The notes below the pieces were generated by a model. It saw only the letters and a program-made list of their open reading frames with translations, made no database searches and was not told where the DNA came from. From contig JAKQQL010000474.1 of assembly GCA_029564175.1 (NCBI GenBank), positions 14,120-78,119 on the forward strand: a DNA stretch of 64,000 nt, given 5' to 3'. This stretch comes from Candidatus Cloacimonadota bacterium (GTDB taxonomy: Bacteria; Cloacimonadota; Cloacimonadia; Cloacimonadales; WRIO01). The stretch's first letter is position 1; every line of letters starts with the position of its first letter. Shown piece after piece: positions 52,420 through 61,299 of this stretch. A program made the translations under genes and the position numbers.

Positions 52420-54390
52420 ATGGCCAATGGAACTTTAATATTGGGGAGATTTACAGTTTTTCATGTCGGACACTATTCACTAATTAAGAATGCTAAGAAA
52501 AAATATCCAGAAAACGAATTGGTTCTAGCTGTTGTATATGGTGAAAAATCATCTAAAGATGTTTCTAAAAATCCAACTTCTTTTGAGGAACGTGAAAGAA
52601 TCATTACAAAAACATTAAATAAAAATGGTATGCACCCGTATATACTAGAAGCTAAAACAGGGTATATACCAAAAATGATTACGGATATCAAAGAGAAATT
52701 TGATATTGATATTACTGTCATTTATTGTGGCACAGATAGACTTTCTACATATCAGAATCAATTAGATAAAGCTCAAATGGGAAATATTAAACTAGAAGAA
52801 GTAAAAAGAGATTTGGATACTGATTTATCAAAAGTAGAATCAAAAGAAGAATTAACAAAAAAGGCTTCTGCTACAGAAGTTAGAAAATCTGTTTCAAACA
52901 ATGATTTTGAAAATTTTAGCTCCTTAATGCCAGAAGGATTAGATACTGATGACATGAAGGATATCTGGAATATTATGAGAACAGCCTTTAAAGAAAAGGG
53001 TTTGATTAATCATATTCTTGTTTCTGGTATTACTCATTTGGAAGACCTTGATATTGATGAATTCATTCATTTTGTAGAAAACTTCTATTCTGAAAATATT
53101 GTTAAGATTCAAAAACTTGACGGAACTTTCAATATGTCAATTGTCAAAGAAAATGGAAAGATTCAATATAAGAGACTAGCTAAGAAACAAGATGAACCAT
53201 TTACGGCAGATTCATTACCTGAAAATCCTATTTATAATGCTCTTCGTTCTGCCTGTCTTGCTTGTGATTTTATTCAGAATACTCTTGACTTTCTTTTGAG
53301 TGATGGGGATGCTGTTGATTGTGAGGTTCTTTATTCTTCACAGCCAAATACTGTGGCATACAATTTAGATAAAAACTATCTGGCTTTCCTCCGAATGCTC
53401 CAAGGAGACCAGTCAAAAATTGAAAAACTCCGTGAAAACCTTCAAGGAAATACCGTCTCGGTCAGGACACCGACCTATTTCTATAATTGGGATACAAATA
53501 CTATTGAAATGAAAAATCAAGAAGATATTTGGGCCTTTACAACTCCACAAGTCATCACACAAGTTGAAGGGGAACAAACGGATCAATTAGAAATTTTGAA
53601 ACAGTGGTTAGAAAATCAAAATGATATTCTTCCTGATAAGACAAATTTTGATGTTATGAAATTGTCTTTGGTTGGTCTGAATAAAGATACTAAACAACAA
53701 TATAAATCAGCTAGGGAATCTGCTTTAGAAGAAGCTCGAAAGATGAAGATCAATATTAAACAACATCTTGTGGAAAATGTTCTAAAGAAAATGAATTTTG
53801 ATTTAGGTGGAACAAATCAAGAAGGTATTGTTTTACGTGATGATGAATTGAAACTCATCACAAAATTAATTGATAGAGAAGGATTTACCAAGACAAATAA
53901 ACTAAATTGGAAATATATTGAAATGTCTACAAAGGGAATTAAATTGGATGATGGAACATGGTTGACAGGAGTAATGGCACAATTAAATGAAAATATTTCA
54001 AATACCTTTAATGTTCCTATGTTGAAAAATCCAAGTCAATTTGTTCGATATTGCAAAAATCAAACTGATTTAAATTCTAATATTCTTGCTGTTTCAAGAT
54101 TTGTTGAATCAAGTATTGATACTAACAATAGTAATTCAAAACTATTATTAATCAATAATTCTATTCGTAATGCTAAATTACAGATTAAAGAATTATTGGA
54201 TGAATCAAAAATTGATGATAATCTTTCTCCAAGAATGAAAGAAAGAACTAGTGATAGTTTGGGGATGGTATTTAATAAATTGAATGACCTATCCTCTTTT
54301 ATAGGAGACTTGGTATCAAAACAAGATATGACTGATAATGCTAGAATAACAGCTTTCTTAATTGCCTTCATTAATGTTGAGGATGAATAA
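52420..54390 (+). CDS. Fusion protein: NMN adenylyltransferase-like nucleotidyltransferase + RNA/DNA ligase-like domain
   Basis: 656 aa. N-terminal GRFTVFHVGH (HxGH) and SATEVR (ISxTxxR-like) as in NadM/NadR-type NMNAT. Ligase-like motif I QKLDGTFN (K232, nt 53113-53124), possible motif III AVDCEVLY, motif IV NQEGIVLRD and motif V KLITKLIDR. Confidence 0.5.
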   Translation: MANGTLILGRFTVFHVGHYSLIKNAKKKYPENELVLAVVYGEKSSKDVSKNPTSFEERERIITKTLNKNGMHPYILEAKTGYIPKMITDIKEKFDIDITVIYCGTDRLSTYQNQLDKAQMGNIKLEEVKRDLDTDLSKVESKEELTKKASATEVRKSVSNNDFENFSSLMPEGLDTDDMKDIWNIMRTAFKEKGLINHILVSGITHLEDLDIDEFIHFVENFYSENIVKIQKLDGTFNMSIVKENGKIQYKRLAKKQDEPFTADSLPENPIYNALRSACLACDFIQNTLDFLLSDGDAVDCEVLYSSQPNTVAYNLDKNYLAFLRMLQGDQSKIEKLRENLQGNTVSVRTPTYFYNWDTNTIEMKNQEDIWAFTTPQVITQVEGEQTDQLEILKQWLENQNDILPDKTNFDVMKLSLVGLNKDTKQQYKSARESALEEARKMKINIKQHLVENVLKKMNFDLGGTNQEGIVLRDDELKLITKLIDREGFTKTNKLNWKYIEMSTKGIKLDDGTWLTGVMAQLNENISNTFNVPMLKNPSQFVRYCKNQTDLNSNILAVSRFVESSIDTNNSNSKLLLINNSIRNAKLQIKELLDESKIDDNLSPRMKERTSDSLGMVFNKLNDLSSFIGDLVSKQDMTDNARITAFLIAFINVEDE

Positions 54391-54392
54391 AA

Positions 54393-55109
54393 ATGAAAGA
54401 TATTTATGATGAAATCATTTTATCTTTTGCAATGCCTCAAAAATCAACATTGACATTTGTTGATATTGATGATACACTATTCAACACGGCAGCACGAATA
54501 AGGGTAATTGATAAAGAAGGAAATATAATCAAAACATTATCCAATTCAGAATTCAATCATTATAAATTGAATCCCGGAGAATCATACGATTTTGCAGAAT
54601 TCAAAAGTTCAAAAATATTTCATGATCAAAGTAAACCAATTCAGAAAAATATTGAAAGAGTTAAAAAGATTATAAATAAAATTCAATCTGGTTCACAAAT
54701 GGGCAAAGTTATTATTTTAACTGCAAGAAGTTCTTTTGATGATAAAAATCTATTCCTTCAAACATTTAGAAATTGTGGAATTGATATTGACAATAAAGAT
54801 ATCATTTATGTTGAAAGAACTGGTGATATTGAAACGGATGAACCAATTCCAGAAAAGAAAAATAAAACAATTTTAAAATATCTTTCTACTGGTCAATATA
54901 ATGTTGTTAAATTAATTGATGATCATATTGGAAATATAAATGGATTCAGGAATTTTGCTAATTCTTTTGCTGAGAAATATCCAGACATAATTGAAACGAT
55001 TCGAAAAAACTTTCCACAAAATAAGGAGGTTCCATTCAACAATACAATCATCTGGTGGCCACTACTCACAGACCCAAATACCGGAACTGTGAAATTGATC
55101 CACGTCTAG
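54393..55109 (+). CDS. HAD-superfamily phosphatase
   Basis: 238 aa. LTFVDIDDTLFNT (DxDxT motif I), IILTARS (motif II) and KLIDDH (motif IV-like). Confidence 0.6.
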   Translation: MKDIYDEIILSFAMPQKSTLTFVDIDDTLFNTAARIRVIDKEGNIIKTLSNSEFNHYKLNPGESYDFAEFKSSKIFHDQSKPIQKNIERVKKIINKIQSGSQMGKVIILTARSSFDDKNLFLQTFRNCGIDIDNKDIIYVERTGDIETDEPIPEKKNKTILKYLSTGQYNVVKLIDDHIGNINGFRNFANSFAEKYPDIIETIRKNFPQNKEVPFNNTIIWWPLLTDPNTGTVKLIHV

Positions 55110-55122
55110 AAAAAGAGGGGGC

Positions 55123-55151
55123 TTGACAGCTTCCTCTTTTTTTGGTATTAT
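55123..55151 (+). promoter_or_regulatory. Sigma70-type promoter (TTGACA-N17-TATTAT) overlapping a weak hairpin
   Basis: TTGACA 55123-55128, a 17-nt spacer, then TATTAT 55146-55151. Lies 55 nt upstream of ATG 55207. The flanking AAGAGG/CCTCTT inverted repeat plus T-run may terminate the upstream operon. Confidence 0.6.
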
Positions 55152-55206
55152 AGTCTTGTCAACGGTTGAGGACAGATCACAAAAAATTCGGAGGTGTGTG
55201 TGAGAC

Positions 55207-55716
55207 ATGAATTTTAAATGGTTTGATTTGAATCAAATTGATGACATTAATGAATTGAAAAAGTGTTTTCGGAATTTGATTCTTCATCATCATCCAGATC
55301 GTGGTGGCAAAGAATTTGATATGAAAGAAATCAATGATGAATACGAAAAAGTTTTTAACTATTTCACTACAATGCCCGGATTCAATGCAAAAAAAGATGG
55401 CCAGGTTGATGACATGTTCCGGGAAATCATTGAAGAACTTTCGAAGTATGACAATATTGATATTGATATTACGGGGAGTTGGGTTTGGGTTTCTGGAAAG
55501 GGAACTTTTTCAATCAAGTCCGTTTTGATGGAATTGGGATTTAAATATTCCGGGGTAAAAAAGATGTGGTATTATGTTCCAGAAGGTCAAAAGAAAAAGA
55601 TTCACAAGGGTTATAAAGGATTTAAGGAATATTCCACGGTAAAAGCAATGTGGGGCGGTCAAACGGTTGTTCATAATGAGAAGAAAAATGAAGAACTTGT
55701 TGGAAAGAAAGGATAA
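55207..55716 (+). CDS. J-domain (DnaJ-like) protein
   Basis: FRNLILHHHPDRGGKEFDMKEINDEYEKV contains the HPD tripeptide in J-domain helix II/III context. 169 aa. Confidence 0.7.
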   Translation: MNFKWFDLNQIDDINELKKCFRNLILHHHPDRGGKEFDMKEINDEYEKVFNYFTTMPGFNAKKDGQVDDMFREIIEELSKYDNIDIDITGSWVWVSGKGTFSIKSVLMELGFKYSGVKKMWYYVPEGQKKKIHKGYKGFKEYSTVKAMWGGQTVVHNEKKNEELVGKKG

Positions 55717-55718
55717 AA

Positions 55719-55937
55719 ATGAAGAAGTTTGAATCTTTTGAAGATAAGGTTGAGGAAGTTTCCCTTTGGTTTTTGAATGATGAAGGTCTTTATCGGGTAA
55801 TGTTTCGAGTTGATAATGCGTATGATTTCTTTCCTACTCTAAAGAGTCTTGGCATTTTGTCGATCAATGATATCACCCTTAATCACGAACTTTGCCGAGA
55901 AGTTTATTATCGTTGTATGGAAGGGGAAAGTGAATAA
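55719..55937 (+). CDS. Small hypothetical protein
   Basis: 72 aa. 2-nt gap from the upstream stop. Confidence 0.5.
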   Translation: MKKFESFEDKVEEVSLWFLNDEGLYRVMFRVDNAYDFFPTLKSLGILSINDITLNHELCREVYYRCMEGESE

Positions 55938-56006
55938 TGAATATTCATGTTAATAGGTTGATTGGTGGAAGCGTTCTAATAAGTAGTTATATAAGAAGAA
56001 GAGTAT

Positions 56007-56039
56007 GGGAAGGGGGGGATCTTATAGATCCCCACTCCC
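56007..56039 (+). terminator. GC-rich hairpin (terminator-like or regulatory)
   Basis: GGGGATCT (56015-56022) / AGATCCCC (56026-56033) with a 3-nt loop, extended by GGGA/TCCC. No clean T-run. Confidence 0.4.
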
Positions 56040-56076
56040 TTAATAATATTATTAAAAGGAAGGAAGTGTATAAAAT

Positions 56077-56328
56077 ATGAATAATGATATCCTTTCTAAG
56101 CAAATTAGTATAATTTGTGAAGCAATTAATCGCGGTAATAATGATATTCAAAACATTCTAAATTATTATAATAATAAGATTAATGAACCCCAAAAGAAAT
56201 TAACACTACCTATTATGAATGAGTTGGAAGCAATTAATGTGTTAATGATGATGTATCATCTATACAAGATGATACACATTAAGTATGATTATAACAATTA
56301 TATGAATAATATGTATTATATAATTTAG
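56077..56328 (+). CDS. Small N/Y-rich hypothetical protein
   Basis: 83 aa, SD GGAAGGAAG upstream, very AT-rich. Confidence 0.45.
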   Translation: MNNDILSKQISIICEAINRGNNDIQNILNYYNNKINEPQKKLTLPIMNELEAINVLMMMYHLYKMIHIKYDYNNYMNNMYYII

Positions 56329-56337
56329 TGTTTTGAT

Positions 56338-56360
56338 GGGGAATCTTAAAAAGATTCCCC
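56338..56360 (+). terminator. Hairpin terminator-like element
   Basis: GGGGAATCTT / AAGATTCCCC 10-bp stem with loop AAA, followed by ATTT. Confidence 0.5.
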
Positions 56361-56388
56361 ATTTGCGCGTAAGCGCAATATTCATTAT

Positions 56389-56601
56389 ATGATGGTGTTA
56401 ATAAGGTTAGGAATGGTTAGAATGGAATGTATTCATCGCCATCCAATAATTCAAAAACTTTTTAAGAAAGCTGAAACTCAAAGTCATTTCTATTTTCTTT
56501 TAAAGAAAGAAAACATCTTTCATGTTCCCGGTCATACCGATTCTGTAATCACTCCGTCTATTGCCTATGAAGCTTTTGATATAATTCATTCGAAAGATTA
56601 A
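56389..56601 (+). CDS. Small hypothetical protein
   Basis: 70 aa ORF. Weak evidence: no clear SD. Confidence 0.35.
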   Translation: MMVLIRLGMVRMECIHRHPIIQKLFKKAETQSHFYFLLKKENIFHVPGHTDSVITPSIAYEAFDIIHSKD

Positions 56602-56608
56602 AGAAGAC

Positions 56609-56636
56609 GGGAGAGGATAATTCCTCTCCCTTTTTT
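56609..56636. terminator. Terminator between convergent transcription units
   Basis: 9-bp stem GGGAGAGGA / TCCTCTCCC with loop TAAT, followed by T6. Lies between the plus-strand gene ending at 56601 and the minus-strand gene ending at 56639. Confidence 0.75.
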
Positions 56637-56638
56637 AT

Positions 56639-57649
56639 TTATAGATTTTTCAATCCAAAAGGACAATAATTTATATACTCAACCATGACACCTTTATATC
56701 TTGGATCATCAATTTGTCTTCTTTGATTCTCCAAATTCTTTGCCATATAAGCAGCATATAGAATAGAATATGTAATACTCAATTCGATTTCGGATTTGCT
56801 CTTATCAACATGAAGATTTTCAAACTCTGGAAACTCTTCATACAACCATTCAACATACTGATTATAATGTTCAGGGATTAACCTCAAAGCAATATGGAAA
56901 ATTCGAATCAAATGTTCAAAAAGTTTTCTTGTTGAATATTCCATTCCCGAAAGAATAAGAATACTATAATGATCATCTGGATAATTCTTCCAAGGTTTCC
57001 AATTGATATACCTCATGAATGTTCTATTTTCCAGATGCATATATTGAAGGGTTTTCCAAATTTCGGAAATACAAAGCCAATTATTATCTTCTATTACGGG
57101 CAATGAATGAACTTCCTGAATAATGTGAGAAGATTTTCGTTCGAGTGTTTCATGAACACAATTATAAATATCTGGAGTATTTACAATTAGATTTTTTAAA
57201 CAAATATTATTAATCATATCTCTCTTTTCATGAGAAAGAATACATCTTTGTTCTTCAATATAATCAATATACTGAAAAATAAAATGAGCAACATCAACAA
57301 TTTCTTCAATTGTTAAAAAATATTTCTTTTCTTTATCATACTGTTGATTACTCAAAGCATTGTCAACTTCATATAATTCATCATGAAGAGCCTGAAAATT
57401 TGTAGAATAAAAATTACGATAGTAATGATTCAAAAAAGGCAATCCCTTAAATTCTGAATCAACATGAAGCCAGTCAATATATCTTTTAGTAAGATAATTC
57501 CTTACCAATGAATATTGCATCTTCAACATATCATGAAGTAGCAAATTCCGATAAGCATCATTATGAACAAATTCAGTATACAAATTCGGAATCTTGCCCA
57601 GAACCTTAAATCCTCTATGGATGTTTTTATTAATTGTAATGTCCGACAT
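56639..57649 (-). CDS. All-alpha NTP pyrophosphohydrolase-like protein (possible dimeric dUTPase/MazG-like)
   Basis: 336 aa. HDELYEVDNAL, EEIVDVAHFIFQY and RYINWKPWKNYP resemble dimeric dUTPase motifs (E..E ... D..hF ... WK.W). Assignment by eye only. Confidence 0.35.
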   Translation of the reverse strand: MSDITINKNIHRGFKVLGKIPNLYTEFVHNDAYRNLLLHDMLKMQYSLVRNYLTKRYIDWLHVDSEFKGLPFLNHYYRNFYSTNFQALHDELYEVDNALSNQQYDKEKKYFLTIEEIVDVAHFIFQYIDYIEEQRCILSHEKRDMINNICLKNLIVNTPDIYNCVHETLERKSSHIIQEVHSLPVIEDNNWLCISEIWKTLQYMHLENRTFMRYINWKPWKNYPDDHYSILILSGMEYSTRKLFEHLIRIFHIALRLIPEHYNQYVEWLYEEFPEFENLHVDKSKSEIELSITYSILYAAYMAKNLENQRRQIDDPRYKGVMVEYINYCPFGLKNL

Positions 57650-57652
57650 TAA

Positions 57653-58912
57653 TTAGTCCTCCGAATCTTCATCTTCATCATTTTTAGAACTACTTTCTTC
57701 AATTTCATTTAGATGTTCAGGGTCTTCAATTTCTTCCTGACCAATCAATCTATTAATTTCTAAGAAATTAGCATCAATATAGTTTTCAACATCTTCTGTT
57801 AATTGATTTAATTCATCTATTCCTTGAAGTCTCTCATACAATTCTTTTGCATAAAACTTATCATCCGGTTCATTGGCAAAATAACAATAGGCACCAGCCT
57901 TTTTCATATAACCAATATCAACCATTATTTTAGCAAAATTAGCAAGAGACTGTTTGAGAGTAAATCCATTCATATAATCAAAATATGCTTCAATAGATTG
58001 ACGTGGTTTGAACAGTCGATTTTTCACTGGTGTTGAAATTTTAACAATTTGACCTTCAATATCTTGTTTTCCTTTTGCAATTCGAACAAGAACATCTGAA
58101 TTATGTTTCAATCCCTGTCCACCAGGCAAACTATATTTATCAGCGTGTCCAATAACTTGCATATTGATTCTTGATTGTTGAATTAAAACAAGACCAACAT
58201 TAGCTTTTTCAATTATACGTTTTACTTTTTTCATATTACGATTGATGACTTTTGCAGCTGAAGCTATTTCAACTTGATCCATTTTTCTTTCATTTTCATC
58301 ACTTGTCAAAGTTCCTGCAAGTGAATCATATACAATTAAAACACCTTTATCATTGACATTATGAGCAATTGCCAATTCAGAAATTTTCTCAACAATATCA
58401 AATGCTTCTTCAATACACGTAGGCCACAAATGTTTAATTTTTGACCAGTCAATACCAAGTTGGGCAAAACGTCTTTTTTCAAGGGCCCTTTCAGTATCCA
58501 GAAAGACAGGTAATACCCCTTGTTCAATGGCTACTTTCAGAAGCCTTGCAATCATACTTGTTTTGCCGCTTCCTTCCGGCCCATAGAACGTTGTAATTTT
58601 ACCATTTAGGGGTATGCCCCCTGTTCTTGGTCTTCCAGAAATGAAAAAATTAAAATCAGGTAAACCAGTATCCATAAAGGTCGTATCTTTCAATTGTGTA
58701 ATAAGAGAATTTGGATAGGCTTTTCCAAGAAATTTGTCCAATGCCGAACCAAAATCGCCAGAAGGTTTGGATGTTGTTTTAGCAGTTTTCCTTCCTCGTT
58801 TTGGTTTCTCTCCTACAGCATGAACAATTTCTTCAGCGGTTTCAACAATAGATTCATCAGTGGCGGAAGAATCAACTTCCGCCACTGCAACTTTCTTTTT
58901 AAGTCTTGGCAT
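57653..58912 (-). CDS. RecA-family recombinase (UvsX/RecA-like) with basic N-terminal extension
   Basis: GGIPLNGKITTFYGPEGSGKTSMIARLL (Walker A), VFLDTERALE and LIVYDSLAG (Walker B-like). 419 aa. Confidence 0.75.
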   Translation of the reverse strand: MPRLKKKVAVAEVDSSATDESIVETAEEIVHAVGEKPKRGRKTAKTTSKPSGDFGSALDKFLGKAYPNSLITQLKDTTFMDTGLPDFNFFISGRPRTGGIPLNGKITTFYGPEGSGKTSMIARLLKVAIEQGVLPVFLDTERALEKRRFAQLGIDWSKIKHLWPTCIEEAFDIVEKISELAIAHNVNDKGVLIVYDSLAGTLTSDENERKMDQVEIASAAKVINRNMKKVKRIIEKANVGLVLIQQSRINMQVIGHADKYSLPGGQGLKHNSDVLVRIAKGKQDIEGQIVKISTPVKNRLFKPRQSIEAYFDYMNGFTLKQSLANFAKIMVDIGYMKKAGAYCYFANEPDDKFYAKELYERLQGIDELNQLTEDVENYIDANFLEINRLIGQEEIEDPEHLNEIEESSSKNDEDEDSED

Positions 58913-58918
58913 TAGATA

Positions 58919-59983
58919 TTACTCCTTCATTTCTTTCTTCAAATCTTCCAACCAAGAATCATCAGACTGAACATCTTCATCCTTCGGCTTTGGTTCTGCC
59001 TTCTTGGATGGTCTGCCAGGTTTCTTCTTTTCCTTTGGTTCTTCTTGTTCTTCTATTTTAGCTCTAGATGGTTTCTTTCCACGATATGCCATCATTTCCT
59101 CTGTAGCTGAAATTTCCTCATCCATATCCATTGGCAATTCTTCAAAAGATTCATCTTCATCACTTTCACGAGAAGGTTTACTCTTAGAAATTTTCGAAGC
59201 TCTTGACATCAGACTTCCTACATTGCCACTACCCAATTTCTTACCAGTTTTAGAACCCGTTTTCCCTTTACTATCACCATCACCCAAATCAGGGCAGAAG
59301 CTTTTCTTAAAAATACTCAACATAGTTTCCATGTATTCAATCAATTTAGGACTTACTTTATTGGGGAAACAAACTGTCTCAAGGTCTTCAATTTCATCCA
59401 TTGTAAAGCCCAACTCTTCAAAAGATTCATCGGAAAGTTTAACATCCTCAACAATTGGCCATCCTTCGTCCGAGGTGCCAACATAAAGATCAAAGCCTTC
59501 CGTTTCAATTCTTTCTACATCTTCATCATTCATATTTTCATTAATGAAAGAAAGAATATCCCTCAAGAACATATCAGAATAAGTAAACTGATATCTCTTA
59601 CCAGTTTTATATGAGAATACCATTGAAGCAATATTATCTTTAGCAACAATTTTCTTCCAGATATCTTTACCTAGTCTATTCTTTTCAATAAATGAACACA
59701 GTGGGCAATCCCCTAATACATGACCTTCCCTATTGGTAGAAGAAAGACATGTTGCAACTTTCCATCCAGAAGACACTTGAAACATGTGCAACTTATATTC
59801 AAGAAACCAAAGATCATCCTTCTGTGGAAGGATTCGAATAACACCTTTATGTTCTGCAATATTCTTTGGGTATAGTCTTTCAAGACGATCTTCTTTATTT
59901 GAAGAAGATTTATTTTCAGAAGAAGTCTTTGCCTGGTTCAACCTATTTAACACCGAATTATAACGATCTTTAATGCCTGCCAT
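58919..59983 (-). CDS. T4 gp32-like single-stranded DNA-binding protein
   Basis: HKGVIRILPQKDDLWFLEYKLHMF...ATCLSSTNREGHVLGDCPLCSFIEKN parallels T4 gp32 AVIRFLPSKND...HGF...[22 protein letters not shown], including the Zn-site Cys/His. Acidic C-terminal tail. Confidence 0.8.
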   Translation of the reverse strand: MAGIKDRYNSVLNRLNQAKTSSENKSSSNKEDRLERLYPKNIAEHKGVIRILPQKDDLWFLEYKLHMFQVSSGWKVATCLSSTNREGHVLGDCPLCSFIEKNRLGKDIWKKIVAKDNIASMVFSYKTGKRYQFTYSDMFLRDILSFINENMNDEDVERIETEGFDLYVGTSDEGWPIVEDVKLSDESFEELGFTMDEIEDLETVCFPNKVSPKLIEYMETMLSIFKKSFCPDLGDGDSKGKTGSKTGKKLGSGNVGSLMSRASKISKSKPSRESDEDESFEELPMDMDEEISATEEMMAYRGKKPSRAKIEEQEEPKEKKKPGRPSKKAEPKPKDEDVQSDDSWLEDLKKEMKE

Positions 59984-61299
59984 TATATTTCCTCCCTATC
60001 ATTTACCATCGTAATTGTTCCAACCATTTTCAATTTTAACAACGTTTCATTTAAATAATCTACAACTTTTTCATCCCCAACATAAACCAATTCATCATGG
60101 ACTAGATAAGATGGCATCAACCCACACAAATTTTTCATATTAAAAGCAACCTTAATAATCTGATCATGAACATGTCCTTGAAGGTATTTTAAATGTTCTT
60201 TCCAAATATCCTTTTCATAGTCCTGATAATTCAATAGACAAATATAAGGATTGACAATTCTTCTCAATCCTTCATGAATGTGCAACTTGGTCGAATACTC
60301 CCTGCCTACTTTTCTATTATACCACAAAATTTCAGTTTGTAAAGAGGTGAGATTTTCCTGTAAATCGTTGAAGTTCTTGGAAGTGTATTTTACACCAAAT
60401 TTATGTTGAACCATTTCAAAGATAATTTCGGGGTCATTGCCAGAATGTATGAAACTATTCAACACAAATTTAATCATGTCCGAAAGTTCTGGATTCTCAT
60501 ATCTTTTTTGAATAAGAAAAGGCAATACTTTTGAACCAGTAAACTTAGCCAAACATGTTGGTTCAGCACTTTTTAAATCCATTTTAATAATTGATTTTCC
60601 AGTAGAAAGAATTTTGTCATTGATATATTTTCTAGCTCTCTTACTATTCTGAATATTATCACTACCACTAAAATACCATCTTCCATAATTTGAAACAGTG
60701 ATTTTAGGTCTTAAAATTGTTGATTCCAATTCAACACCAGATTCCAAATAATTCAACATCATTGATGTGAAATTCAATAAAGAACCTATTTTCAATCGTC
60801 TATTAAATATTTCATTGACTAGTGTTGATTCTAGAAGACAATGATAATTGTCAATTGGACATAAATTATATGAAGAGAAACAATGTGAAGTTGATCCAGT
60901 ATAATAATTCCTAATCAATTCATATCGAAGATATTTCTTATTTTTAGGCCATTGAGTTAAATCAATTGGAAAATTTGTAATGATATTGGTAAATTGAAAA
61001 ATCACATTCATCCATTTCTTTTTCGAATAAATGGAAATTTCTTCGTAATAAAATTCCTCCTTTTTAAAATAATACAGTTGCATATTCTTACCATTTTCAA
61101 TAATGATAATGGTATTTTCATCAAAAGAAACCGATTTCTTCCACTTGATCTTTCTTAAATATTCCATAAAAAACTCTTCTGAATTAACTGCATAATTAAA
61201 GGATGAATCACATACGATTCGTTTTTTCAATTTTTTATTCCATATTTTAATAAACCTTTCTTCATTTCCAGTCAGTAATAAATTTTCGAAGATTGACAT
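59983..61299 (-). CDS. Family A-like DNA polymerase (polymerase domain only)
   Basis: MDLKSAEPTCLA (motif A-like DxxSxE), KFVLNSFIHSG (motif B-like) and SYLVHDELVYVGD (motif C HDE). Likely start MSIFENLL at 61299 (the track ORF extends to 61350). Confidence 0.5.
   Translation of the reverse strand: MSIFENLLLTGNEERFIKIWNKKLKKRIVCDSSFNYAVNSEEFFMEYLRKIKWKKSVSFDENTIIIIENGKNMQLYYFKKEEFYYEEISIYSKKKWMNVIFQFTNIITNFPIDLTQWPKNKKYLRYELIRNYYTGSTSHCFSSYNLCPIDNYHCLLESTLVNEIFNRRLKIGSLLNFTSMMLNYLESGVELESTILRPKITVSNYGRWYFSGSDNIQNSKRARKYINDKILSTGKSIIKMDLKSAEPTCLAKFTGSKVLPFLIQKRYENPELSDMIKFVLNSFIHSGNDPEIIFEMVQHKFGVKYTSKNFNDLQENLTSLQTEILWYNRKVGREYSTKLHIHEGLRRIVNPYICLLNYQDYEKDIWKEHLKYLQGHVHDQIIKVAFNMKNLCGLMPSYLVHDELVYVGDEKVVDYLNETLLKLKMVGTITMVNDREEI

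Noticed and set aside
59004-59486. 160-aa plus-strand ORF antisense to the gp32-like SSB gene, plus similar antisense ORFs (27339-27767, 1965-2405, 8175-8552, 57824-58036).
   Set aside because: These are antisense to genes with strong motif support. They have low-complexity composition and no SD.
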